30,916 nucleotides of DNA from a virus (taxonomy: Duplodnaviria > Caudoviricetes). Location: positions 1 to 30,916 of the IMG/VR virus record IMGVR_UViG_3300048507_001074, one strand, 5' to 3'. The translations under genes and the position numbers were made by a program. Below the pieces are notes generated by a model. The model did not search any database. It had not been told where the DNA came from and worked only from the letters and a program-made list of their open reading frames with translations. Below, piece after piece: positions 7,294 through 15,952 of this stretch. Numbering within the stretch: position 1 is the first letter of the stretch; each line of letters opens with the position of its first letter.

Positions 7294-8712
7294 TTATTTT
7301 TCTTCGTGATGACCGCCTTTGGAGGAATTAGGTTTTTCATGAGTATAGCCCATTTTTTTCATTTTTAAATGATCTTCCATAGTCTTCGCTTTATAACCTT
7401 TGCCTGTTTTCGGGTCATACATCATATGCGGCTTGAAATCTTCTGCAGCATAATCCTTTTTCATTTTTTTAGATTGAGCTTTTTTAATAGCTTCTTTTGA
7501 CGGGTAATCTTTATCTCCTGGCTTTGCAGCTTTATAGTTTTTGCCCATTCTTTTTTTCTTTTTTTGAATATTTTCCCAGAGTCCTGCATCAGAAGTTTCT
7601 CCTTGTTTTTTAAGAATTGCATCTTGCAGAGGTTTGGGTAATTTTTTTTGCTTTTCAGTTAAACCTGCTTCTCCTTTTTCATATAAAGAGCTTTTCATTT
7701 TTTTGTATTGCATTGCGCATGCAGCATAAGTTTTATCTTTATCCATCCCAGCTGTATTGACAAGATCTTCATCGTATTTTGCGCAATGATCTATAAACGC
7801 TTTTTCCATGTAATCTGAGGAAGCTTCTGTAGACTCTTCAATTTCTTCGCCTTTTGTATAATCTGTTACGCTTTTTTTGCGCTCCCACATTTTACAACTC
7901 CAATAACGAGCTTTTGTTTTTGGCCCAGGGTTTTCGCAATTGTGTCTTGCTCGAAAACTTTTACGCCTATTTGGATCGTCGCGTTTAATTTCCATATTTG
8001 GATCACCAAAATTAACTTTAACAACATTACCTTTTTCGTTTTTTACATAGACTGAAAACTTTTTGGGGCCTTTTGGAGTTCTGAATGGTTTATTTAATTT
8101 TTTACCTTCATTAGCTTTTTTAGCCCAGCTTTCTTCGTCGATTACTTCTTCAAAACCAAGTTCTTCTACATCAATAAAAATAGTACTCCACATTTCATCT
8201 GTGAATTCTGGATCTTCTTGTAATTGATTATTATAAATATCTAACTTAGCCTGAATAAAATCTTCTTCTGTGAATAAATTGATTTCATCTCTTATTCCAT
8301 CATCGATTAAAACGTTTGCGGAAGCTTTAGAAATATCTTGATCAGCTTTTCTATAACTATCTTTTACTTTTCCACCCCTAACCATTTTAAGAAACATATT
8401 TACTCTTGCCATGGCCCATTGGCCTCTGGTTTTTCCGGGTCTATGACTAGAAGAAAAAGCCCCTGCTCCTCTGCGATATACTTTTTTAAGTTGAGATAAA
8501 GTAACTTTTTTGCTGTATTTGTCGTTATGCTCTTTAACTTTTGTCTTTAAAGCTTCTACAACTTTATCAGAGAAAGTGATCGAGCTGCCTTTTTTGGCTG
8601 CACTTCCAGGTTTGTTCTTGCTGGAACCTTTGCGTTTTTCGGATTTTTTTGCGGGTGTTTGCGCAGAACTTTTAGGTCCTGGACGTTTTGCTGAATAAGA
8701 GTCTTCTTTCAT
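7294..8712 (-). CDS. Modular Lys-rich phage protein, possible internal head protein
   Basis: Basic modules familiar from large-phage hypothetical proteins (LKKVYRRGAGAF...WAMARVN; VKVNFGDPNMEIKRD...SFRARHNC...ARYWSCKMW; GLWENIQKKK), several separated by acidic linkers. Confidence 0.6.
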   Translation of the reverse strand: MKEDSYSAKRPGPKSSAQTPAKKSEKRKGSSKNKPGSAAKKGSSITFSDKVVEALKTKVKEHNDKYSKKVTLSQLKKVYRRGAGAFSSSHRPGKTRGQWAMARVNMFLKMVRGGKVKDSYRKADQDISKASANVLIDDGIRDEINLFTEEDFIQAKLDIYNNQLQEDPEFTDEMWSTIFIDVEELGFEEVIDEESWAKKANEGKKLNKPFRTPKGPKKFSVYVKNEKGNVVKVNFGDPNMEIKRDDPNRRKSFRARHNCENPGPKTKARYWSCKMWERKKSVTDYTKGEEIEESTEASSDYMEKAFIDHCAKYDEDLVNTAGMDKDKTYAACAMQYKKMKSSLYEKGEAGLTEKQKKLPKPLQDAILKKQGETSDAGLWENIQKKKKRMGKNYKAAKPGDKDYPSKEAIKKAQSKKMKKDYAAEDFKPHMMYDPKTGKGYKAKTMEDHLKMKKMGYTHEKPNSSKGGHHEEK

Positions 8713-8714
8713 AA

Positions 8715-9749
8715 TTATGTGTTACACAATAAATTGTAATCATTCTCGTACATTTTTTGCACTAATTTTTTAAAATTTGTTTTTCTTTTCCATCCTAATT
8801 CTTTTTCTGCTAAAGATGGATCTCCGCACAATTTGTGAACTTCTGCTGGTCGATAAAATTTTGGGTTAACTTCAAATAGTATTTCTTTGTTTTCTGTAAG
8901 ATATTTTTCTTCTTCATTTTTACCCGATTTAACATATTTAATATTAGCGCAACTTAAAGCTTCTTCAAGAAATTCTCTTACGCTATGCATTTCACCGCTT
9001 CCAAGCACATAATTTTTTGGACGATCTTGATTAAGCATTAACCAAACCCCGTCCATGAAATCTTCTGCGTCGCTCCAGTCTCTCTTGGCTTCAATATTTC
9101 CTAAAGTAAGAGGCGTTATTTTTTGATTGTTTTCTATTTGAGTTTTTATTTTTGCAATACCATGAGTGATTTTTCTAGTAACAAAATCTAATCCGCGCCT
9201 TTTTCCTTCGTGATTGAATAACCAACCTTGTATAGCATATAAACCATAAGACTCTCTGTAGACCCTAACAATATGTCTCGCAGCACATTTCGCCGCACCA
9301 TAAGGAGATTGAGGTAACAGTGGATGAGATTCATTTTGAGGAGAGAAAACTACATCGCCAAATTCTTCACTGCTTCCAGCATTGTAAAATCTACAGTGAG
9401 GAGAGAACCTTCTAATTGATTCTAAAATATGTAGCACTGCATTAGAATCTGTTTCCCATGTTTGTATTGGATAGTTCCAGCTTCCAGCTACAAAAGACTG
9501 CGCAGCAAAGTTGATAAAAAAATCTGGTTGTAAATCAATGACTATATCACGAATACTATGTGCGTCGTTTAAATCCATGTCAATCAACTCAAATCGCGGT
9601 TCATTTTGTAAGTGCAAAATATTTTCGTGATTTTTGACGCTTAAGCGTCGTGCCGTGCCATAGATTTTATGATCTGTGTTTTGCAGAAGATAGTCTACCA
9701 TGTGACTACCGTCTTGACCTGTTACTCCTGTTACTAAAACTTTTTTCAT
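8715..9749 (-). CDS. gmd: GDP-mannose 4,6-dehydratase
   Basis: TGVTGQDGS, AAQSFV, SSEEFG, SPYGAAK (YxxxK), LFNHEG, FVTRKIT, KRDW, YRPAEV. Confidence 0.95.
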   Translation of the reverse strand: MKKVLVTGVTGQDGSHMVDYLLQNTDHKIYGTARRLSVKNHENILHLQNEPRFELIDMDLNDAHSIRDIVIDLQPDFFINFAAQSFVAGSWNYPIQTWETDSNAVLHILESIRRFSPHCRFYNAGSSEEFGDVVFSPQNESHPLLPQSPYGAAKCAARHIVRVYRESYGLYAIQGWLFNHEGKRRGLDFVTRKITHGIAKIKTQIENNQKITPLTLGNIEAKRDWSDAEDFMDGVWLMLNQDRPKNYVLGSGEMHSVREFLEEALSCANIKYVKSGKNEEEKYLTENKEILFEVNPKFYRPAEVHKLCGDPSLAEKELGWKRKTNFKKLVQKMYENDYNLLCNT

Positions 9750-10141
9750 TTTAATTTTAAAATTGAATTTATTGTGTTATCTGTCATGGGTGTTGGCAAT
9801 GAGTTTTCTTCTATATTAAAAAATCCCCATTCATCGTGTTCAAAAAAATCTTGAGCTTTTTCGTTTGGAAAGGTTAAGTCATTTAATGATGCGTGGAAAA
9901 CTGCAAATTTATTTTCTTCGTCCATATTATAAGAAGTTAAAAACTTTACATCTTTTTCATTTAAATCTATCAAGGTCTCTTCGTAAACTTCTCTTATGGC
10001 TCCTACTTTTGGATCTTCCGATGTTTCGATTAATCCGCAGGGCATAGACCAATATCCTTGAAAGCTTGCCGCAAAAGAACTTCTTCTGCCGAGAAGAATG
10101 AGTTTTCCAAAAGTTAAAATAATTCCTGCCGCTTTATACAT
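9746..10141 (-). CDS. Nudix hydrolase
   Basis: Nudix box GLIETSEDPKVGAIREVYEET. The stop overlaps the gmd start. Confidence 0.88.
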   Translation of the reverse strand: MYKAAGIILTFGKLILLGRRSSFAASFQGYWSMPCGLIETSEDPKVGAIREVYEETLIDLNEKDVKFLTSYNMDEENKFAVFHASLNDLTFPNEKAQDFFEHDEWGFFNIEENSLPTPMTDNTINSILKLK

Positions 10142-11213
10142 CTAAAAAATCATCTAGTTTTTGTTTGTTTTCCCAGTGCGGACAGCCTTCGTAATTCATT
10201 TTTACAATTTCGTCTCCATCTTCAGGTTCAAGGTTGTGTCTCGAATCAACAAATGCAGTTTTTTTAATTTTCCCTTCAGAATCTTTTAAAGCATAGTATT
10301 CCATAGGCTTGCGATATGGACAAATAAAAGCTTTTATGGGTTCTCCATTTTTATCTAAAATTGGTTCACCTTTAGACATTTTATATCCATCTTTTCCGCA
10401 GGCTAAGGGGCCGCCAAACGTTCCATCTTTAGGAAAATCTTGTAGAGCTGCAAAATTTGATTTAGCAGTCTCTTCATCAAAATTATCTAAGTATTCTTGA
10501 AATTGATTTAGTTGATATTCAAAACCCTCAAGCTCTTCTTGGGTAATCTTATCCATTTTGACATAACCTTTTCCATAGTTTCCAAGCAAGTCTTTATCTA
10601 AGTCAAATCTTAAAAACAAAAATTCGCTTTGTGGATTTGTTTCAGGCATAAGATGTTTGACTGCCAAACAATAAATTAAGTTTTGTAAATTATCTGTTAT
10701 ATCTTTGCCTTTAAAAACTGATTTGCTGCTTTTGAAGTCTCTAATGATTACAGAGTTATCTTTATAAACAAACAGTTTATCGATATAACCTCTTATTGCG
10801 TATCTTACATTTTTCTCAGGTTTATTTATTTCGAGGTCAAAAAATTGCTCAGACTCCGCCTTAACAGGTTTATCTTCGATGTCTCCAAAAAAATCACACC
10901 TCAAGCCATTAACTATCATTTCGTCAATCAATTCTAGGTTTTCAGAATCATTTACAGATAATTCTTCAGCTTCTTTTTTTACTTGAGATGCTACAGCTTT
11001 AGTGTTCCATATTGTGCCATCTTCTATGATTTGGTTAAATTCTTTTTTATGTTTAGTGCCTAATAATTCAAATACATTATGGCAAATAGTTCCTCTACTA
11101 GATCCATCATTACCTGTATCTGGAAGTTTTAATTTATAATTGCACCAATATGTCCAGCTGCATGTTTGCGCGGTTTTAATTCTACTTGCGGAAAGTTTTG
11201 TTAATTCACTCAT
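10134..11213 (-). CDS. PD-(D/E)XK exonuclease, Cas4/RecB-like
   Basis: LSASRIK...C, RGTICH, SE...IRGYIDK...IRDFKS, QNLIY, and three C-terminal Cys (possible Fe-S staple). Confidence 0.85.
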   Translation of the reverse strand: MSELTKLSASRIKTAQTCSWTYWCNYKLKLPDTGNDGSSRGTICHNVFELLGTKHKKEFNQIIEDGTIWNTKAVASQVKKEAEELSVNDSENLELIDEMIVNGLRCDFFGDIEDKPVKAESEQFFDLEINKPEKNVRYAIRGYIDKLFVYKDNSVIIRDFKSSKSVFKGKDITDNLQNLIYCLAVKHLMPETNPQSEFLFLRFDLDKDLLGNYGKGYVKMDKITQEELEGFEYQLNQFQEYLDNFDEETAKSNFAALQDFPKDGTFGGPLACGKDGYKMSKGEPILDKNGEPIKAFICPYRKPMEYYALKDSEGKIKKTAFVDSRHNLEPEDGDEIVKMNYEGCPHWENKQKLDDFLDV

Positions 11214-12240
11214 CTAATAATATTGATTGGTTTTTTAATAAGGATTTCGGCAAGTGTTTTTGTATTTTTGTAATTTTTTCTAAAATAAATTTTTGCTGTT
11301 CTTTTGGGTTTATTGATAATAGCTTTTTTTCCCACTTTTTAAAATCTTCTTCATTCATTTCTCCGAAATCTTTTGCAGTTGGAAGACATATAGATATATT
11401 CTCAGGGCTATAATAATTTAAAAGCTTCAGATAATTTTTTATACTAGCTTCTAAGCCCCTGTTTCTTTCTGAGGAAGCATCATTGTTTAACCCTAGAATA
11501 ATTCTTGGATTGTTTATTGATAAAGTTGCGCAAATTAATTTACTTGATACATCAAGACCAAAAGTTACTAAAACATTATGATATCCAAATTCATTAAGTT
11601 TAAGTAGGTCCCCAATACTCTCAACAAATATTACATAGCCTTTGGATTCAATTTCTTGTTTGGTTTTGTCGTTTGTATATAGTGGGTATATCCATGATTT
11701 TTTACGACCTACATGCTTCCATTTCGGCCTGCCTTCTATAGTAGTCATATCTCTTCCTGAGAAACCGTGTATTTGTCCGTGTTCATTGTAAATCGGGAAA
11801 ACAAATCTTTTATTAAGTTTTCCGTTTGTTGCGAATCCACCTTTTAGGTTTTTAAGATTTTCCGAACTGATACCTTTATCATTGTAAAATTTATAATGAG
11901 GTAACAATTTTTTAAGACATTCTTCTGGGTATATTTCTTCCATTTCTAATTTTTCTGAATTTTGTATTCTGTTGTATGCATCTCCAAGATTATCTTCATC
12001 AATAAATTTTTTAACTTCGCTTTTATCATTGGTTCCAAGAGTAATTTCCACTAATCTCTGAAAAGGAGAGAAGGATGAATTTTGTACGTGATCTTTCCAT
12101 ACTCCGGTATTTTTATAGATTTGTATCGCAGTTTTATTATCGCCGTTTCTGAAAACGGCATTAGTCTGCCAATACGAGCCTCTGTCGGATAATTTGTAAC
12201 CCAACTCAAGTAGGGAGTCTTTTATTTTTTCTGGACTCAT
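11206..12240 (-). CDS. DnaG-type (TOPRIM) DNA primase, divergent
   Basis: RFVFPIYNEHGQIHGFSGR, PKWK, FVESIGD, LNND, KDFGE. Directly downstream of the helicase. Confidence 0.8.
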   Translation of the reverse strand: MSPEKIKDSLLELGYKLSDRGSYWQTNAVFRNGDNKTAIQIYKNTGVWKDHVQNSSFSPFQRLVEITLGTNDKSEVKKFIDEDNLGDAYNRIQNSEKLEMEEIYPEECLKKLLPHYKFYNDKGISSENLKNLKGGFATNGKLNKRFVFPIYNEHGQIHGFSGRDMTTIEGRPKWKHVGRKKSWIYPLYTNDKTKQEIESKGYVIFVESIGDLLKLNEFGYHNVLVTFGLDVSSKLICATLSINNPRIILGLNNDASSERNRGLEASIKNYLKLLNYYSPENISICLPTAKDFGEMNEEDFKKWEKKLLSINPKEQQKFILEKITKIQKHLPKSLLKNQSILLDE

Positions 12241-13754
12241 TAGATATTTGGGATTTCATCGGTCATGCCTTCGAGCAAGCCAACGCCTTCAGAGTCCATA
12301 TGCTCAACCATATCTTGAAGATCTCCTCTTTCTTCAATATTAAAATTTTCCATATGCAAGTTGATGTAATTCTTTTTCTTGCTTCCGTCAGGCATTTCGA
12401 TAGGCTGTAAAGCTCTATGCACATCTTGACCTAACCATCTGTATTTTAATGAAATGAATTTATGAGTGCCGAAACCTTCAGGTTCTGATTGAATTTCGTC
12501 CATGGTTTTTTGCCGAAGCAAAAACAAGTGGGAGCAGAACTGAGTGATTTGGTCAGATAGAGATACAATACTTTCATCATCTACCACATTTTCAGATCTT
12601 CTGTTATTTGTAATTCCTAACCTATTACTTTGAACACTAGTCAGCATTGAGATAGTTGGGCCATCAGAAAAGCATAATTCTTTATTTATTAACTGTTTAA
12701 ATTTATCAACCATTCTGCCTACAACTTCCCAAGAGCTAGATCCATTTTGTCTTTCGTAAGTTGTTTTAATGTAGTCAAAGCTAAATATCATCTTATTACC
12801 TCGCCCAACTTCAGAAAAATAAAATCTTCTGATAATATTTAACATACTGTCTATGCTGTGACCTGCAACATTGTAATAGTAAAACTTTAAGTTTTTTATT
12901 TTAAGCCAAGTATTTCTAACTTTATCTACAATTTCTTGCCCAGCCTGCCTCCATCTTCCGGTTTCAAGTAAATGCATTGGTACTCCAGATAGAGCGGAGC
13001 ATTGGCGAACAATCAATTCTTCTTTGCTCATTTCCCCGTTATCAAAATGAAGTATTGGCACATTATTGTTTAAGCTTGAAACTTTTGTGCAGAAATCCAT
13101 ACAAAATTGAGTCTTACCTACTCCAGCTCTTGCAACAACTACTGTTATATTTCCTGGTCGTAAAAGCGAGCCATAAAGCTGATTAACTCTTTCGTGAGGC
13201 CCCATTAAGCCAAATTGATCAATTGGATTATTACCTCTTTCTTCAATAAAATTTTCCATATCATCAAAAAGATTTTCAGGTTTATTCGATCCAATTTCAT
13301 AGAGATTGACTTTACCGTTGTGTATTTTATCTGCCTGAGAAACAATCTCATCAAAAGATGCGCTTGATGCAATTGTTTTCATGTTTTTTGCAACCTCTAG
13401 AGATGCATCGTGAATCTCTCTCCTAACAGTCATTTTCTTTAATTCTTGAGCAGTTTTAACTACGCCATCTTTTGATATCTGTCTTAATGATAAAGCCTTA
13501 ATGTAGTCCGCGATATTAATATTGTCTTCGAATGATATATTTAAAGACTGAACTCTCTGAGCTAATAGCACTTCATCTAAAGAGTCTCCTTGTTCTAGGG
13601 CTTGCCGCAAGATAGAGAAAATTGTTTTATTAACTATCGAATGTTTGTCGTAAAAATCGCCTTGATCTATAAATGCTGCGATTAGTGGATATGTTTCTGG
13701 GTACTTTATCAACCCAGATAATAAGTGTTGTTCTATTTCGTATGAGTATACCAT
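12240..13754 (-). CDS. dnaB: DnaB-like replicative helicase
   Basis: N-terminal EQHLLSGL...DFY, Walker A ARAGVGKT, GEMSKEEL, Walker B FDYI. Confidence 0.92.
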   Translation of the reverse strand: MVYSYEIEQHLLSGLIKYPETYPLIAAFIDQGDFYDKHSIVNKTIFSILRQALEQGDSLDEVLLAQRVQSLNISFEDNINIADYIKALSLRQISKDGVVKTAQELKKMTVRREIHDASLEVAKNMKTIASSASFDEIVSQADKIHNGKVNLYEIGSNKPENLFDDMENFIEERGNNPIDQFGLMGPHERVNQLYGSLLRPGNITVVVARAGVGKTQFCMDFCTKVSSLNNNVPILHFDNGEMSKEELIVRQCSALSGVPMHLLETGRWRQAGQEIVDKVRNTWLKIKNLKFYYYNVAGHSIDSMLNIIRRFYFSEVGRGNKMIFSFDYIKTTYERQNGSSSWEVVGRMVDKFKQLINKELCFSDGPTISMLTSVQSNRLGITNNRRSENVVDDESIVSLSDQITQFCSHLFLLRQKTMDEIQSEPEGFGTHKFISLKYRWLGQDVHRALQPIEMPDGSKKKNYINLHMENFNIEERGDLQDMVEHMDSEGVGLLEGMTDEIPNI

Positions 13755-13760
13755 GTTCTA

Positions 13761-13789
13761 ATGGTATCACTAATACGTTTTGAAGTCAA
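13761..13789 (-). promoter_or_regulatory. Sigma70-type extended -10 promoter, probably leaderless, for the helicase-primase block
   Basis: Minus strand: TTGACT (13789-13784), 17 bp, TG-n-TACCAT (13766-13761), 6 nt, ATG. Confidence 0.7.
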
Positions 13790-14058
13790 GAATTTTCTTC
13801 GTCAGTTGGAAAATCAATACTCAAATCTTGGCAGCTCATTTGCTCTAAGTATTGTTCAAGAGCTTTCCTTAGTCCCATTTCTACGATAGGAGACTGGGTC
13901 TTGGTTATTATTGATGGAGAACCTTCTTGGTTGACATATGCCAAGACAAAGCCGCTATCTCCATCTGTAAATCCACTAAATTCAAACAATTGACGTAATA
14001 TATTATCTGGTAAATTAAATTGACCTAAATTTTCTGGATCAAGATTTTCGTCATTCAT
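13786..14058 (-). CDS. Hypothetical acidic protein (90 aa)
   Basis: Fills the gap co-directionally and is preceded by a GTGTA motif. Confidence 0.75.
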   Translation of the reverse strand: MNDENLDPENLGQFNLPDNILRQLFEFSGFTDGDSGFVLAYVNQEGSPSIITKTQSPIVEMGLRKALEQYLEQMSCQDLSIDFPTDEENS

Positions 14059-14077
14059 ATATATTATAATACACTAT

Positions 14078-14488
14078 TTATAGAATGACTCCATGTTTCT
14101 TGAAAAAAACTTTATTTAATTCTTCTGTAGAGTATATTTCTATCAATTGAATGTCATTGATTTCGCAGAATTTTAATTTATCTCTATCTCTGGAAAGTTG
14201 ATTAATGTAGTTGATTCTGTTACCTCCGTGAAAAAAAGGTACATACCTTGTATGCTGTGCGCCTTGGACTTCTATAGCTATTTTTTTATTAGCATTATAA
14301 AAATCTAAAGAAAGCTTTGTCCCTGCAACAGGAAATTCTTCGAAAACGATATGATGCCCCCAAAAGTCTTGAAGGAATTGTTTGGTTTCGAACTGAATAT
14401 TACTTTTGCTTTTAGCTTGCCAGTCTATCAAATAGTTTTTTGATTTTTTGACACTTCTTATTGCGCCATTTAATGTCTTAAAGCGCAT
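14078..14488 (-). CDS. Vsr/DUF559-like restriction-fold endonuclease
   Basis: FEEFPV...LDFY...IAIEVQGAQH...RDRDKLKFCEINDIQLIEI. Confidence 0.8.
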   Translation of the reverse strand: MRFKTLNGAIRSVKKSKNYLIDWQAKSKSNIQFETKQFLQDFWGHHIVFEEFPVAGTKLSLDFYNANKKIAIEVQGAQHTRYVPFFHGGNRINYINQLSRDRDKLKFCEINDIQLIEIYSTEELNKVFFKKHGVIL

Positions 14489-15590
14489 TGGTTAGCTTTT
14501 GAAAATCTTCATAAAGAAAGTTGCAGAGGGTTTCGTTTTCTTCTAGATATTCAATGAGTTTAGGTTCGCCTTGTATTTTTTCAATCATTTCTACATCTTT
14601 TTCCTTAAGTTCATTGAGAAAATCTTCTGACACAGTAATCCAAGCGCCTTTCTTTTCTATAAGATTAAAAAGATATAACATATCCAATATCTCTCTGGCT
14701 CTCCATACTGAGTTGCCATTTTTCTGACCATATTTGATTGGGTATTTTACCCCAGAACCTGTTTTTTCATTGACACTTTTTCTGAATTTTATTTTACAAT
14801 AATGTCCTGCAGGACTGCCTTTATCTTCAAGCTTAGCTGCTGAAGGGTTTGGAAAAATAATATCTGAATTATACCTTTCTTCAAACTCTAATATAAAGTT
14901 GGCGTAGTGCTTGATTGCGTTTCCACCTGCTTGTTTAACCTTTGGTCCGCCTCTAGATGCATATGGATTTGTAGCTACTTCTACGCGAACTTGACTGGTT
15001 AAAATCATTGTGTGCCCCATTTTTGTAATAGGTAGAACCATTTTCTTTAAAAACACAGAAGTGATTAAAGCTCCTCCTGCTACCTGCTCTGATTCTGCAA
15101 ATGGTTTATCTATGTCGCCTATTCTGCATAATGCATCTACGCTATCAACGATAAACATATACCTTTTATCTTCTTCATTATGAAAGACTAACTCTCTTAT
15201 CAATTCGAAAACTTTTTCAAAAATATTACAATCAAATACAAAAAATTTTTCTGGGTCAGTGTTAATCCCAGATCTCTCTATCATCTCTGTGCTAAATCTT
15301 CCTTCGCTTTTTATGTAGATAATCATTCCTTTATCTTTAAAATGCTTCTGAAAGTTTCGAGCAAAAGCCATCGCGCAACTAGTTTTTCCACCCTCATTAA
15401 TGCCTGTAAATCGATGCGCTCCGCTAGGGAGTCCTCCTCCTAATGCTATATCAAGATTTAAGCTTCCGCTGGAAATTTTGTAATCTTCAGATTCGTGAAA
15501 GTTATAGTGGTACTTTTTATTGTCTTTATCTGAAAGAAAGCTTGCGATTTGATCTGTTGTACTGATTTGTTTTTCTTTTGTTTTACTCAT
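14478..15590 (-). CDS. recA: RecA/UvsX-like recombinase
   Basis: SSGSLNLDIALGGGLP, Walker A GINEGGKTS, Walker B IVDSV, SQVR, GGNAIKHYA. Confidence 0.92.
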   Translation of the reverse strand: MSKTKEKQISTTDQIASFLSDKDNKKYHYNFHESEDYKISSGSLNLDIALGGGLPSGAHRFTGINEGGKTSCAMAFARNFQKHFKDKGMIIYIKSEGRFSTEMIERSGINTDPEKFFVFDCNIFEKVFELIRELVFHNEEDKRYMFIVDSVDALCRIGDIDKPFAESEQVAGGALITSVFLKKMVLPITKMGHTMILTSQVRVEVATNPYASRGGPKVKQAGGNAIKHYANFILEFEERYNSDIIFPNPSAAKLEDKGSPAGHYCKIKFRKSVNEKTGSGVKYPIKYGQKNGNSVWRAREILDMLYLFNLIEKKGAWITVSEDFLNELKEKDVEMIEKIQGEPKLIEYLEENETLCNFLYEDFQKLTNAL

Positions 15591-15915
15591 CTATAAATTG
15601 TCTAATTGATTTTGGTTTTTTCGATAAAATTTTATCTTCTCCAGTTTTTTCGCCAAGAATAATATCTTGCCTTGGGGGTATGACATAATTGAATTCATTG
15701 TACTTTTTGCGCAGCAGAGTTATTCCATTGGCTGCTTTAAGTACTGCTAATGAAGGTACTTTTTGTATTTGAACTTTTTGCCAGAAATCTTGATTTGGAA
15801 ATATTTCCATCAAAGAGTTAAGTAATTTCATTTCTCTAGCCCAAAACATCCTCTTTTGAGTCGAGGGCTCTTGAACTAATCTCTTGATTACATTTCTCTT
15901 GTTAAACTTTGGCAC
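15583..15915 (-). CDS. Hypothetical basic protein (110 aa), GTG start
   Basis: The promoter ends 6 nt before the GTG, and the stop overlaps the recA start. Confidence 0.75.
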   Translation of the reverse strand: MPKFNKRNVIKRLVQEPSTQKRMFWAREMKLLNSLMEIFPNQDFWQKVQIQKVPSLAVLKAANGITLLRKKYNEFNYVIPPRQDIILGEKTGEDKILSKKPKSIRQFIDE

Positions 15916-15921
15916 TATACA

Positions 15922-15950
15922 ACAGTACCATGTAAGTTAAGTGAAGTCAA
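15922..15950 (-). promoter_or_regulatory. Sigma70-type extended -10 promoter, probably leaderless, for the recA block
   Basis: Minus strand: TTGACT (15950-15945), 17 bp, TG-n-TACTGT (15927-15922), 6 nt, GTG. Confidence 0.7.
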
Positions 15951-15952
15951 GC

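Noticed and set aside
10134-11213. Cas4-like gene as evidence of a CRISPR-Cas system
   Set aside because: No cas1, cas2 or array is present; stand-alone Cas4-like nucleases are common in phage replication modules.
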